Source: an uncultured archaeon
Lineage (GTDB): Archaea > Asgardarchaeota > Lokiarchaeia > Sigyniarchaeales > SOKP01
Assembly: GCA_964525635.1 (NCBI GenBank)
Contig: CAZGJX010000003.1
Span: 39,465-103,464, forward strand
Length of the DNA stretch: 64,000 bases
Direction: 5' to 3'
Part shown: piece after piece, positions 1 through 10,104 of the stretch
Numbering within the stretch: the stretch's first letter is position 1
Layout of the letters: each line of letters begins with the position of its first letter
Translations under genes and position numbers: made by a program
The notes under the pieces: model-generated
What the model saw: only the letters and a program-made list of their open reading frames with translations
Databases searched by the model: none
Told to the model about the DNA's origin: nothing

Positions 1-13
1 AATATCTAAAAAA

Positions 14-226
14 ATGAATGAATTAAATGATTTAGATTCAATTATAGATTCAAATGAGTTACATATCTCTCAAGAGAAGATCTATACTCAAGTAATGAAA
101 CTTATCAATAAAAAAAAGACAATCATTTTTGGTCCAGAAAAAAGTAAAACAGCAAAATTTATTGCTGAAAATTGTATGGATGTGTACAATATAATTAGAA
201 AATATTATATGGAGAATTCTGATTAA
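14..226 (+). CDS. hypothetical small protein (70 aa) directly upstream of trpD
   Basis: The ORF stops 1 nt before the trpD ATG. It has no recognisable motif and no Trp codons, so it is not a trp leader. Confidence 0.3.
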   Translation: MNELNDLDSIIDSNELHISQEKIYTQVMKLINKKKTIIFGPEKSKTAKFIAENCMDVYNIIRKYYMENSD

Positions 227-227
227 G

Positions 228-1286
228 ATGTCTGAAGAGATTAAGATATTAACAGGATTAAACAGTGTAATTAAGAATATAGATCTATCAACCAATGATG
301 CAGAAGAAATAATGCGTGAGATTATGAGCGGAAGAGTCACTAACGCTCAATTAGGAGCATTTTTAACTGCATTAAACATGAAAGGTGAATCTATTGATGA
401 AATAGTTGGATTTGCAAAAATTATGAGAGAATTTGCAAATCGTATCGAACCAAATGTTTCAGGTGAATTATTGGATACATGTGGAACAGGAGGAGATAAA
501 ATAAAAACATTTAATATTAGCACGATTTCTGCAATAGTTCTTGCTGGAGCTGGAGCTTATGTTGCAAAACATGGGAATAGAGCAGTTACAAGTAAATGTG
601 GAAGTGCTGATTTATTAGAAGGACTTGGAGTAAATATAGCTTTAGAACCAGGAAAAGTAAAGAATTGTATTGAACAAGCAGGAATTGGCTTTATGTTTGC
701 TCCTCTGTTTCATCCTGCTATGAAATATGCAATGCCTACTAGAAGAGAATTAAAAATCCGAACTGTCTTTAATATTTTAGGTCCTTTAACAAATCCAGCT
801 AATGCAAAATGTCATGTTTTAGGTGTATTTAAAAAAGAGATGGTTCCAATCATGGCGAAGGTTCTAAAAGGATTAGATGCAAAACATGTCTTTACTGTTC
901 ATAATTCATATGGAATTGACGAACTTGCTCCCACAGGAGTAAATTATATTACAGAATATATGGATGGAAACCTTGAAAGTTATGCAATTACCAATAAAGA
1001 ATTTAATATTCCTGATTGTTCTATTAATGAATTGTTAGCCGGAAATCTTGAGGAAAATTTAAAAATAGCAATTGATATTCTCAAAAATCAATCTTCTGGG
1101 GCAAAATTTAATACGGTTTTAATGAATGCTGCTTTAGCATTAAAAAGTATAGATATTGCTCATGATTTTCAAGAAGGTGTGGCAATTGCTAAAGAAACGA
1201 TTGAATCTGGAAAAGCCTTTGATAAATTAAAAAAATTTATTGAAATTTCTGGTGGAGATATCCAAAAATTAATGAATCTTACATAA
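228..1286 (+). CDS. trpD: anthranilate phosphoribosyltransferase
   Basis: Has the DTCGTGGDK and KHGNRAVTSKCGSADLLEGLG motifs. It is the first gene of a trp operon. Confidence 0.92.
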   Translation: MSEEIKILTGLNSVIKNIDLSTNDAEEIMREIMSGRVTNAQLGAFLTALNMKGESIDEIVGFAKIMREFANRIEPNVSGELLDTCGTGGDKIKTFNISTISAIVLAGAGAYVAKHGNRAVTSKCGSADLLEGLGVNIALEPGKVKNCIEQAGIGFMFAPLFHPAMKYAMPTRRELKIRTVFNILGPLTNPANAKCHVLGVFKKEMVPIMAKVLKGLDAKHVFTVHNSYGIDELAPTGVNYITEYMDGNLESYAITNKEFNIPDCSINELLAGNLEENLKIAIDILKNQSSGAKFNTVLMNAALALKSIDIAHDFQEGVAIAKETIESGKAFDKLKKFIEISGGDIQKLMNLT

Positions 1287-1305
1287 ATTAAGAGTAAACT
1301 AAATA

Positions 1306-2109
1306 ATGGTTTCAGATAAAATAAGAGAAATAGTAAACAAGAGATTAAAAACAATATCTAATGATATTGAATATGAAAAACATATGGAAAGTTCAATTCA
1401 AAATAAAAATATTTTAAATCTAAGTGAAACTATTAAAAATAATAAAGGAATTTCAATCATTTCTGAAATAAAACCAGCATCACCAACATTAGGAGAAATA
1501 AGAAGCAATATTAACGTTCCAGATATTGCTAAAATCATGAAAGATTCAGGTGTTATTGGATTAAGTATTTTGACAGAACCAAATTATTTCAATGGTTCAT
1601 ATACTAATTTGAAATTAGCTGTTGAAACTACAGAATTACCTTGCTTGATGAAAGATTTTGTTATTAATCCTATCCAATTTTCTATAGCTAGCAAACTTGG
1701 AGCAACGAATATTTTAATTATTAACTCAATTGAAAATCTAAATTTAGAGGAGTATTATAATTTAGCAATGAATTATCATCTTGAACCACTTATCGAAATT
1801 CATGATATAGATGAAATTAAAGATATTCAACATTTATTCGAAATTGGTTTTAATCCAAAATTAATTGGTGTTAATAATCGCAACCTGAATACCTTATTAA
1901 TAGATCTTAATACATCTAAGAAAATTATACCAGAATTAAAACAAGAATTTGGAAATAAAATTCAAATTGTAAGTGAAAGTGGTATAAATTCTCATAGTGA
2001 TATTAAAGAATTGCAATCTTATGGTGCTAATGCATTTTTAATAGGATCTTCAATTATGAAATCAATTGATATTAGTAAAAAGATCCATGAATTAAGAGGT
2101 GTAGATTAA
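1306..2109 (+). CDS. trpC: indole-3-glycerol-phosphate synthase
   Basis: Has ISEIKPASPTLG, LTEPNYFNGS and a TIM-barrel-like pattern. Operon context supports the call. Confidence 0.88.
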   Translation: MVSDKIREIVNKRLKTISNDIEYEKHMESSIQNKNILNLSETIKNNKGISIISEIKPASPTLGEIRSNINVPDIAKIMKDSGVIGLSILTEPNYFNGSYTNLKLAVETTELPCLMKDFVINPIQFSIASKLGATNILIINSIENLNLEEYYNLAMNYHLEPLIEIHDIDEIKDIQHLFEIGFNPKLIGVNNRNLNTLLIDLNTSKKIIPELKQEFGNKIQIVSESGINSHSDIKELQSYGANAFLIGSSIMKSIDISKKIHELRGVD

Positions 2110-2762
2110 TGGAATATATTAAAATCTGTGGTATCAAAAATTTTGATGATGCCAAACTATGTATTGAAAATGGAGCAGACGCAATAGGATTTGTATATAA
2201 TGTCCCTTCTTCTCCAAGAAATCTAGAAATAAATGAAATTAATTCACTTATTAATCAGATAAATAATAAGATTTCTACAGTCTTAGTAACTAAATCTAAT
2301 AATTTGGAGGAAATTCAAAGATTAATAAAGGAGTATAATATTACATATTTTCAAATACATTCAAATTTAGATATTAATGAGTTTAATCAACTTCCAACTG
2401 AAATAAAACAAAAACTTATTATAACTCTTAAAGTAAATAATGAAAATAAAGATTCAATCACATCAATCATCAATAAATTCAATGACCAATTTCATGCCTT
2501 TTTATTAGATAATAGTGAAGGTCATGGAAATGAATTAGATATAAATCTAGTAAAAAAAATTATAACCAATTTAAAAGATACGAGAATTATTCTTGCGGGA
2601 GGAATAAATATTAAAAATATTGAAAATATTATTAAAATTTTAAATCCCTATGGTATTGATCTTAGTAGCTCTTTAGAATCTGAAAAAGGAGTGAAAGACC
2701 CTAATAAAATTATAAATTTCTTAGAAAAAATAAATGGAATAAAAAATAACATTAAAAATTGA
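2109..2762 (+). CDS. trpF: phosphoribosylanthranilate isomerase
   Basis: Has an IKICGI N-terminus and GADAIGFVY. Its start overlaps the trpC stop (ATG/TAA overlap at 2107-2111), and an AGAGGTG SD lies upstream. Confidence 0.8.
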   Translation: MEYIKICGIKNFDDAKLCIENGADAIGFVYNVPSSPRNLEINEINSLINQINNKISTVLVTKSNNLEEIQRLIKEYNITYFQIHSNLDINEFNQLPTEIKQKLIITLKVNNENKDSITSIINKFNDQFHAFLLDNSEGHGNELDINLVKKIITNLKDTRIILAGGINIKNIENIIKILNPYGIDLSSSLESEKGVKDPNKIINFLEKINGIKNNIKN

Positions 2763-3983
2763 GTGAAAATGGACTATATTGGAAAATATCCTGATAAATT
2801 AGGAAAATTTGGTGATTTTGGGGGTATGTTTGCACCTGAGATCCTTATGCCTGCACTAAATGAATTGACTGAAGCATATAATAAATATATACATGATGAT
2901 GAGTTCCAAAAAGAATTTTATGACATTCTTAAAGATTATAGTGGAAGACCTACACCATTGTATTATGCATCTAAACTAAGTGAACAGATTGGGTGTAAAG
3001 TTTACTTAAAGAGAGAAGATCTCTCCCATGGAGGCGCTCACAAGATCAACAATGTTATAGGACAATCGCTGCTCGCAAAGAAAATTGGTAAGAAACGCTT
3101 AGTAGCTGAAACCGGTGCTGGGCAACATGGATTCGCAACGGCAATAGCGGGGGCTTATTTTGGAATGCCAACAAAAGTATTTATGGGAGAGGTAGATATA
3201 GTAAGACAATCTATGAATGTATATCGAATGCAACTCCTAGGTGCTGAAGTTATTCCTGTTAAATCAGGTTCTAGAACATTGAAAGATGCTATTAATGAAG
3301 GTTTAAGATATTGGATAGCAAATGTTCATGATACACATTATCTCATGGGGAGTGTAGTTGGACCACATCCATATCCTATGTTAGTAAGAGAATTTCAAAG
3401 AGTTATTGGTAAGGAAATAAAACAACAAATATTAGAAAAAGAAGGTAAGCTTCCTAATGCGATTATTGCGTGTATTGGAGGAGGTAGTAATGCTATTGGA
3501 GCTTTCTATGACTTTGTAAATGATGATGTTCAATTAATTGGTGTAGAGGCGGGTGGAGAGGGAATGGAGAGTGGTAAACATTCAATAGCATTAGGTTTAG
3601 GACGTCGAGGTGTTTTACATGGTGCTATGCAACATCTTTTGCAGGATGAGTTTGGAAACATTCTTGAAACTCATTCTATCAGTGCAGGATTAGATTATCC
3701 AGGGGTCGGACCAGAACATTGCTATTTAAAAGAAATTAATCGCTTAAGAGTTGGGGAAGCAACTGATCAGGAGACTTTAGAGGCATTTAAGAATTTATCT
3801 CGTGTTGAAGGTATCATTCCAGCCTTGGAAAGCAGCCATGCTCTTGGATATCTATACAAAATTAGAAATGAATTCGATAAATCAGATATAGTTATTATCA
3901 ATCTTTCTGGATCGGGAAGTAAAGATTTATCAATTGTGGCAGATCATATAAAATTTAAAATACATCCTAAGAACATATTGTAA
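2763..3983 (+). CDS. trpB: tryptophan synthase beta chain
   Basis: Has the [12 protein letters not shown]-lysine motif, [14 protein letters not shown] and a LSGSGSKDL tail. The start is either GTG 2763 or ATG 2769. Confidence 0.95.
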   Translation: MKMDYIGKYPDKLGKFGDFGGMFAPEILMPALNELTEAYNKYIHDDEFQKEFYDILKDYSGRPTPLYYASKLSEQIGCKVYLKREDLSHGGAHKINNVIGQSLLAKKIGKKRLVAETGAGQHGFATAIAGAYFGMPTKVFMGEVDIVRQSMNVYRMQLLGAEVIPVKSGSRTLKDAINEGLRYWIANVHDTHYLMGSVVGPHPYPMLVREFQRVIGKEIKQQILEKEGKLPNAIIACIGGGSNAIGAFYDFVNDDVQLIGVEAGGEGMESGKHSIALGLGRRGVLHGAMQHLLQDEFGNILETHSISAGLDYPGVGPEHCYLKEINRLRVGEATDQETLEAFKNLSRVEGIIPALESSHALGYLYKIRNEFDKSDIVIINLSGSGSKDLSIVADHIKFKIHPKNIL

Positions 3984-4025
3984 TTTTCTTTAGAAAATTA
4001 AATTAATTATTTAAAGTATTAATAA

Positions 4026-4160
4026 ATGATGGAAAATATGGGAATTAACAAGAATAAAATTGAAGAATGTAATGATGATACAGTTATTGTTAAATTATCT
4101 GGTTCAGGATAAAAAGATCTTGATATAATTAAAGAATATATGGTGTTTAAAGTAAAATGA
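4026..4160 (+). pseudogene. relic 3' end of a second trpB copy (about 44 codons with an internal TAA)
   Basis: The frame reads ..DDTVIVKLSGSG*KDLDIIKEYMVFKVK*, parallel to ..[23 protein letters not shown].. of the intact TrpB. Its final TGA overlaps the trpA ATG (ATGA, 4157-4160). Confidence 0.5.
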
Positions 4161-4993
4161 GTAATACAAATAGATTATTTAAGTTATTTAATGGTAGAGA
4201 TGTCAATGACAAATATTTTATGCCCTTTTTTGTAGCAGGAGATCCGAGTATTGATGAGTTTAAGAATATCATCAAGAAAATTGAGCCATATGCAGATATC
4301 ATTGAAATTGGGATACCATTTTCCGATCCTATTGCAGATGGTCCAACAATTCAAGAAGGAAATGTAAGAGCCTTTAAAGCAGGAATTAATACAAAAGTAG
4401 CTCTGGATGCAATTAAAGAACTAAGAAAATCAACTGATAAACCTTTTGTTATTTTAACTTATTATAATATACTTATTCAAGGAGCTGAAACAATAGAAAA
4501 GTCAATTGATAAAACATTTAAACAATTAAAAGAAAGTGGAATAGATGGAATGGTTATCGCAGATCTACCAATTGAGGAAGCAAATTTAGTTTTAGAAGCA
4601 TGTGAAAAGTATGATTTAGCATTAATATTTCTTGTTGCACCTTCTACCACAGAAGAAAGATTAAAAAAGATCTTGCTTAAAGCAAAAGGATTTATTTATC
4701 TAATATCAGTAATGGGTGTAACTGGAGCAAGAGAAACGGTTGCTCAAATTACAAAGGAGAATATAGCAAGAATAAAGCAAAAAACTGATAAAAACCTTCC
4801 CGTTTTTGTAGGATTTGGTATATCAAAACCAGAACATGCAAAAGCTATTATTGAAGCAGGAGCAGATGGAGTTATAATTGGTTCTGCGATTGTAGATCTT
4901 ATTAAAAATAATCTAAATGATTTTCAGGAAATTGAAGGAAAATTAGTAGAATTTCATGAAAACATAAAAAATTCAATAAAGAGGTCGAATTAA
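4157..4993 (+). CDS. trpA: tryptophan synthase alpha chain
   Basis: Has IEIGIPFSDPIADGPTIQ and GFGISKPEH motifs. Confidence 0.92.
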   Translation: MSNTNRLFKLFNGRDVNDKYFMPFFVAGDPSIDEFKNIIKKIEPYADIIEIGIPFSDPIADGPTIQEGNVRAFKAGINTKVALDAIKELRKSTDKPFVILTYYNILIQGAETIEKSIDKTFKQLKESGIDGMVIADLPIEEANLVLEACEKYDLALIFLVAPSTTEERLKKILLKAKGFIYLISVMGVTGARETVAQITKENIARIKQKTDKNLPVFVGFGISKPEHAKAIIEAGADGVIIGSAIVDLIKNNLNDFQEIEGKLVEFHENIKNSIKRSN

Positions 4994-4994
4994 A

Positions 4995-6491
4995 TTGGAT
5001 TTTGACATACATATAGAAAAAATTGGAGAATTAGATAATATCTTTAATTTTTATAAATATCTCATCGAAAAATATGATTTTAAGAAGCATGTCCTATTAG
5101 AATCCTCATCAGGAAACTCAAACGAAACCTTATATAGTTTTATTGCTCTTGAACCTGATTTTATGTTTGAAATTAATGGGAAGAACTATAAAATTTTCGA
5201 TATCACTTCAGAAAGAGGTGAAAATATCAAAAATTATGTTGAATCTAAAGATCCCGCTAAGGAAATACCACGTAATCCCCTACCATTTAATGATAATGTC
5301 GATTATAATATGATTGCTTTAGATACCTTAAGTCATCTTACCCCATATTCTAAATTACCTTTTACTGAACTATTTCCAAGAAATATATTTTTTGGAGGAG
5401 TAGTAGGGGTGATCTCTTATGATATAGTAGCACCATATGTTGGTTATCAATCTAATAGTGAATTTCCAGATATTCTCATGGGACTTTATACAAAAGTACT
5501 TGTATATTCGCACAAATCTAATGCTTTATTTATGATAGATAATAGCCTTGATGATTATTCAAGGGACAAGGACATTAGATATCAATTAGAATTGTTTAAA
5601 AGAAATAATATTAAAAATAAAAAGAAAGATATTCCATTAGATCTCGACGATATAGATGAAAGTATGTTTAGATCGAATACTTCTAAATCAGCTCACGAAC
5701 AAATGGTGAACAAGACTAAAGAGCATATATATGCTGGCGATATAATTCAAGCGGTTATCTCTAGAAGACTATATACTGAAAGTAAAGTAAATCCTATTAA
5801 TTTTTATGAAATACTTAGAGAGCTTAATCCCTCGAATTATATGTATAATATCAATTTCAATTATATTAAAATAATTGGTAGTAGCCCCGAAGCTCTTATA
5901 ACAAAAAATAAAGATGTTCTATCAACTATGCCAATAGCAGGAACGATAAGAAGAAGTAAGGATCCAGAAGAAGACTTGAATTTAGAGAGAGAATTACTAG
6001 GTAATATAAAGGAGAGGGCCGAGCACCTCATGCTAGTAGATTTGGCAAGGAATGACTTAGCTAAGGTCTCATATCCTGGAACTGTCGAAACATTTGATTT
6101 TATGACGATTCAGAAATACCAAAAAGTTCAACATATCGTAAGCAAAGTTAGAAGTAAGACACCTCTTGATGGTTTTCAAGCATTAAAAAGTGTTTTTCCT
6201 GCAGGGACATTATCAGGAGCACCCAAATTAGAAGCTATGAAAATAATCCAAGAACTTGAAACTGAAAATCGCTCATTTTATGGTGGAGCAATTGGCTATT
6301 TCAGTTTTAATGGGGATCTAGCAATGGCAATTGCCATTAGAACATTATTTGGTCGGGGAAATAAATATTTTGCTCAAGCAGGGGGTGGAATTGTCGCAGA
6401 CTCCCAACCAGAACAAGAATTCCAAGAAACTTATAACAAATTATACAGTGTTTTGAAATCAATTAAGATAGCGGAGGCAAGAGAACAATGA
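4995..6491 (+). CDS. trpE: anthranilate synthase component I
   Basis: Has LVDLARNDL, GTLSGAPK, FYGGAIGY and AGGGIVADS. It uses a TTG start 10 nt after an AGAGGT SD. Confidence 0.92.
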   Translation: MDFDIHIEKIGELDNIFNFYKYLIEKYDFKKHVLLESSSGNSNETLYSFIALEPDFMFEINGKNYKIFDITSERGENIKNYVESKDPAKEIPRNPLPFNDNVDYNMIALDTLSHLTPYSKLPFTELFPRNIFFGGVVGVISYDIVAPYVGYQSNSEFPDILMGLYTKVLVYSHKSNALFMIDNSLDDYSRDKDIRYQLELFKRNNIKNKKKDIPLDLDDIDESMFRSNTSKSAHEQMVNKTKEHIYAGDIIQAVISRRLYTESKVNPINFYEILRELNPSNYMYNINFNYIKIIGSSPEALITKNKDVLSTMPIAGTIRRSKDPEEDLNLERELLGNIKERAEHLMLVDLARNDLAKVSYPGTVETFDFMTIQKYQKVQHIVSKVRSKTPLDGFQALKSVFPAGTLSGAPKLEAMKIIQELETENRSFYGGAIGYFSFNGDLAMAIAIRTLFGRGNKYFAQAGGGIVADSQPEQEFQETYNKLYSVLKSIKIAEAREQ

Positions 6492-7081
6492 ATATTTTAT
6501 TTATAAATAATTACGATAGCTTTGTTTATAATTTAGTTAATTATTTCTGTCAGTTGGCTCCAGACGCTAGAATCATGATCGAAGACAATAATATCTCTAT
6601 AGAAAAAGTTGAAGAATATTCTATTGATAAAATTATAATATCACCTGGCCCCGGTCATCCCAAATACGATACAGGAACTGTCATTCCTATTATTAAACAC
6701 TATCATAAAGAAATTCCGATCTTAGGGATTTGTCTTGGACATCAAGCAATTGTTGAAGCTTTTGGTGATAAGCCCGATTTGGAATATATTGGACGAGCTA
6801 AAGTAGGACCTATGCATGGAAAACAATCAAAGATATTTCATGATCAAGAAAAAATCTATAAGGATATACCTAATCCAATCCAAGTTATTCGCTATCATTC
6901 TCTTGCAGCTAAAGGGGACATTCTTCCTCAAGACCTTAAAATCACAGCTACTGCAGATGATGGAACAATTATGGGGGTTCGACATAAACAATTTCCAGTT
7001 GAAGGGGTTCAGTTTCATCCCGAATCAATACAAATGAAGCCCCATGGAATGCAAATTTTAAAAAATTTCTTAGATATATGA
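6488..7081 (+). CDS. trpG: anthranilate synthase component II (glutamine amidotransferase)
   Basis: Has the GICLGHQ nucleophile elbow and FHPES. There is a 4-nt ATGA overlap with trpE. Confidence 0.92.
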   Translation: MNILFINNYDSFVYNLVNYFCQLAPDARIMIEDNNISIEKVEEYSIDKIIISPGPGHPKYDTGTVIPIIKHYHKEIPILGICLGHQAIVEAFGDKPDLEYIGRAKVGPMHGKQSKIFHDQEKIYKDIPNPIQVIRYHSLAAKGDILPQDLKITATADDGTIMGVRHKQFPVEGVQFHPESIQMKPHGMQILKNFLDI

Positions 7082-7083
7082 AA

Positions 7084-9855
7084 TTAACTAAGAGAAAGTT
7101 CAAGTAATTCTCTACCTAACTTAGTAAGAGAATATTTATATTGTCTTTTATTATTACTTAAGGTAGAAGGATTATAAGCAATTATTCTTTTTAAATATCT
7201 TTTCTTATAAAGATCTCGTATCATCCATTCAAGGCTCTTAATATCATCCAAGTAATTTAACTTTAATAGATCTAAAGCAAAATAAGATCCTTTGCTAAAT
7301 TCTAGTAAAATTCTTCGCTGAAAATCTGTTAGATAATTGAAACCTTCACGGTCACCTAACTTTTTTCTATATTGAATCTCATCTTCATAGTCTTCTACAA
7401 AAAATTTTCGATGATCAAATTTCGGAATGGGAGGTAATTTTTTTCCTGTTTTTTCTTCAATCTGTCTTATTATTTTTTCTTGCATTTCTTCAAGCTCAAT
7501 TTTTTTCCATTCTCCATTTCGCATTTCATATCCAAGCACTATTAATAATATATATTGTTTCTCACAAAATTCAATTTTGAACTGATCAATTTCTAATTGT
7601 CTTTCATGATCCTCTTCCTTTTTTTGCCATTCTGGCACTCTAATATAATGTTGCCTTCCTTGTCGCTCAAAACCTACTAATAATTCAAGATTAAAACCAT
7701 CTAAATGCATTCTAGTAATATCAAAATTGATTTTATTTGGATCATATCTCGCTAAGCCTTCTCTACCTTCGATATTTAAAACTATTTGAATTAGTGGTGT
7801 CTCAAGAAATTTAATTTGTTTCTTATACAAGTAAGAAAATATTCTTTCCATATAACATCTGAATACTTTCTCATAATAACCCTTTGAGCAATGAGGACAC
7901 CATGACCTTCTTTTTTTCACTTTATATATCCGCTTTTTAAAAATTTTCTTACACTTTCCACATCGCCAATTATGTAGTTTATCGCTTCCCTTATATATAT
8001 TCGATAAAAATTCACCAGGTGCTCCCGTTTTTTCTAAACCCACTTCATAAGCCAATTTTCTTAATCCCTTAATAGTAGGCGTAACTTTATGAGCACACTT
8101 AGAACACCAACTTCTTCTCGATTTCACTTTGTTAGGTGTCATAGTAAACTCATGTTTGCAAGCACCACATTTCCATCTAAGTTTGGATGTCGCTCCTTTA
8201 TATTCATCAGACAAACAAAATCCAGGGACTTTAGTTTTTTCTAGCCCAACTTCATATGCCAAAATTCTCATATCTTCAATAGTCTGTTCTTTACCAGCAC
8301 ATCTAGGACACCATGACCTTTTCGATTTTATATCATTTGGTGTCATAAAAAATTTATTTTCACATTTTCCACAATACCATTCTAATTCTGTGGAAGAATT
8401 AATATACTTATTGGATAAACACCGTCCAGAAACACCCGTTTTCTCCATTCCAACATCATAAGCTAATTCATGCATATCCTCAATTGTTATTTGTTTATGT
8501 AAAAAATGTGGATTATTACTACATCTAGGACACCACTCCTTTCTAATTTTCACTTTATCAGGGTTTTTTGAGAATACATATCTGCAAGCTCCACATCGCC
8601 ATTTTAATTCAGTTTTCATATTTATATAATTTTTTGATAAACACTCACCTTCAATCCCTGTTTTTTCTATACCTACCACACGGGCTAGTTCTTGCATATC
8701 TAATATAGAATATTTCTTAATTTCTTTAACCCCTCTTACTTTTAATTTAATGTTAACTTCGTTTGCTAATTGTTGCAATAAATTAAAAGAATCCTCAGGG
8801 ATAGATTTACTTTGATAGATAATATCTCCAATTCTGGTATGAATATAATCACTAATAGATTTGTTTGTCATACTTAACTCTAACCTCAATTTATCTATTA
8901 AAGACTTGGTCTTTTCCTTATCAAGTATGAAATATTTTTTTATAGGGAATGTCGATTTAGTATAAATTCCATCATAAATCGTTTCGCTCTTCTTATAATC
9001 TTCTTCATTCATAAAATTATAAAATTCATAACCACACTGACCACATTTCCATAGAAGTTTTGTTTTATTATTAAAATATTCTTTGGATAAACATTTTTTT
9101 GGAACTCCAGTTTTTTCTAATCCCAAATCATGGGCTAATTTAATCATATCTCTTATTTTTTCCTCTTTTTTCTTTTTATAAATTATAAATTTCTTTAATT
9201 CATCTCTAATTACTTCATAGAAATGAGAGAGATTATTTGAATTCCATTTTTCTTTTATGATGATAAAAATATGAGAGATGATCCATTTTAAATATACTTC
9301 AACATCAGATTTATAAAAAGGATCTTTTTTTATTTTTTCTTGAAACTTAGCATGATATGTATTAAATTCTTCTGTTCTCAACTTTTTGTAAAGATTTTCA
9401 AGATAAATTCTTTGAATCTTCTTTTCTGTAATTGGCAAAATAAAATCTTCTAAATTTTTTAATACTTCACTTTTTAATTTACTTTTTTTTATTTTTTGCT
9501 TTAAATGTCTTTCCACATCTCCGATTATATCATATATGAGGCGAGAGATTATAATGACGAGATTTTGTTTAAATAATTTTGGAAAATCAGGGTCATAATA
9601 AACCCTCTCGATTGGATATTTATATGTTTTTCTTATTTCTTGTTCTTTATTGTTAATTCTTTTATCCTCATATTTTTCCTCAGAATGAATATTATCTTGA
9701 ACAAAAATATTTTTTATCTCAAATTTCGTTCCACAATATTGACAAAATGCGAATTCATCGGCTATTGGATTATTTTCTATATCTTTTATCTGTAATCTAA
9801 TACCACAATTTTCACAAAATAAGGAGTTCCCATTCTTGTTTTTTGACTCATTCAT
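7084..9855 (-). CDS. 923-aa multi-zinc-ribbon protein with a candidate restriction-endonuclease-like domain and a C-terminal winged-helix-like tail
   Basis: The N-terminus has CENCG..CQYCG. Five copies follow of a module of about 65 aa (LAxxVGxEKTGxxGxCLSxxY..LxWxCGxC..F...P..VK...SWCPxC). Then comes MHLDGFNLELLVGFERQGRQHY, and the protein ends in ..YKYSLTKLGRELLEL. Confidence 0.6.
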   Translation of the reverse strand: MNESKNKNGNSLFCENCGIRLQIKDIENNPIADEFAFCQYCGTKFEIKNIFVQDNIHSEEKYEDKRINNKEQEIRKTYKYPIERVYYDPDFPKLFKQNLVIIISRLIYDIIGDVERHLKQKIKKSKLKSEVLKNLEDFILPITEKKIQRIYLENLYKKLRTEEFNTYHAKFQEKIKKDPFYKSDVEVYLKWIISHIFIIIKEKWNSNNLSHFYEVIRDELKKFIIYKKKKEEKIRDMIKLAHDLGLEKTGVPKKCLSKEYFNNKTKLLWKCGQCGYEFYNFMNEEDYKKSETIYDGIYTKSTFPIKKYFILDKEKTKSLIDKLRLELSMTNKSISDYIHTRIGDIIYQSKSIPEDSFNLLQQLANEVNIKLKVRGVKEIKKYSILDMQELARVVGIEKTGIEGECLSKNYINMKTELKWRCGACRYVFSKNPDKVKIRKEWCPRCSNNPHFLHKQITIEDMHELAYDVGMEKTGVSGRCLSNKYINSSTELEWYCGKCENKFFMTPNDIKSKRSWCPRCAGKEQTIEDMRILAYEVGLEKTKVPGFCLSDEYKGATSKLRWKCGACKHEFTMTPNKVKSRRSWCSKCAHKVTPTIKGLRKLAYEVGLEKTGAPGEFLSNIYKGSDKLHNWRCGKCKKIFKKRIYKVKKRRSWCPHCSKGYYEKVFRCYMERIFSYLYKKQIKFLETPLIQIVLNIEGREGLARYDPNKINFDITRMHLDGFNLELLVGFERQGRQHYIRVPEWQKKEEDHERQLEIDQFKIEFCEKQYILLIVLGYEMRNGEWKKIELEEMQEKIIRQIEEKTGKKLPPIPKFDHRKFFVEDYEDEIQYRKKLGDREGFNYLTDFQRRILLEFSKGSYFALDLLKLNYLDDIKSLEWMIRDLYKKRYLKRIIAYNPSTLSNNKRQYKYSLTKLGRELLELSLS
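7885..8709 (-). repeat. four tandem, diverged coding repeats (about 195 nt each) of the helix + CxxC..CxxC module
   Basis: Protein residues 383-657 of the 923-aa ORF form four near-collinear modules. A degenerate fifth copy lies at 9022-9156. Confidence 0.8.
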
Positions 9856-10104
9856 TTATAATTCATATATGCACAGGTATATAAACAAAAAAAAATAATA
9901 AAAAAATTCCCTAATTTATATCTCAATCTTCATACATTTTTTATAAAATTTTTATATATTACTTCACTAGACCTATTAAGGATAGAAATTATTTTAAAAT
10001 AAACAACAAATAGATTTCATCTTTATTTCTAACAAGAGTCAGTCACAATTAACTTTCTATATTTTTGGTTTAAATCATCTAAATATCAAGAGAAAACTAC
10101 ATAG

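Noticed and set aside
14-226. Possible trp leader peptide or attenuator upstream of trpD
   Set aside because: The 70-aa ORF contains no Trp codons, and no hairpin separates it from trpD (1-nt spacer). It looks like a small co-transcribed gene of unknown function.
59-340. Antisense or overlapping short ORFs in the six-frame track. This one is an example. Others include 1169-1354, 6816-7037, 6827-7018, 8129-8461, 13377-13559, 16209-16511, 18757-18957, 21541-21825, 23872-24066, 26791-26988, 32133-32393, 33308-34166, 35330-35635, 38528-38794, 39259-39531, 40775-41146, 46667-46903, 50388-50582, 51324-51575, 52356-52544, 54325-54606, 56632-56916, 58411-58873, 59104-59286 and 62830-63249.
   Set aside because: Each lies inside or opposite a longer ORF with clear family motifs. 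Their translations are low-complexity or hydrophobic junk typical of shadow ORFs in AT-rich DNA.
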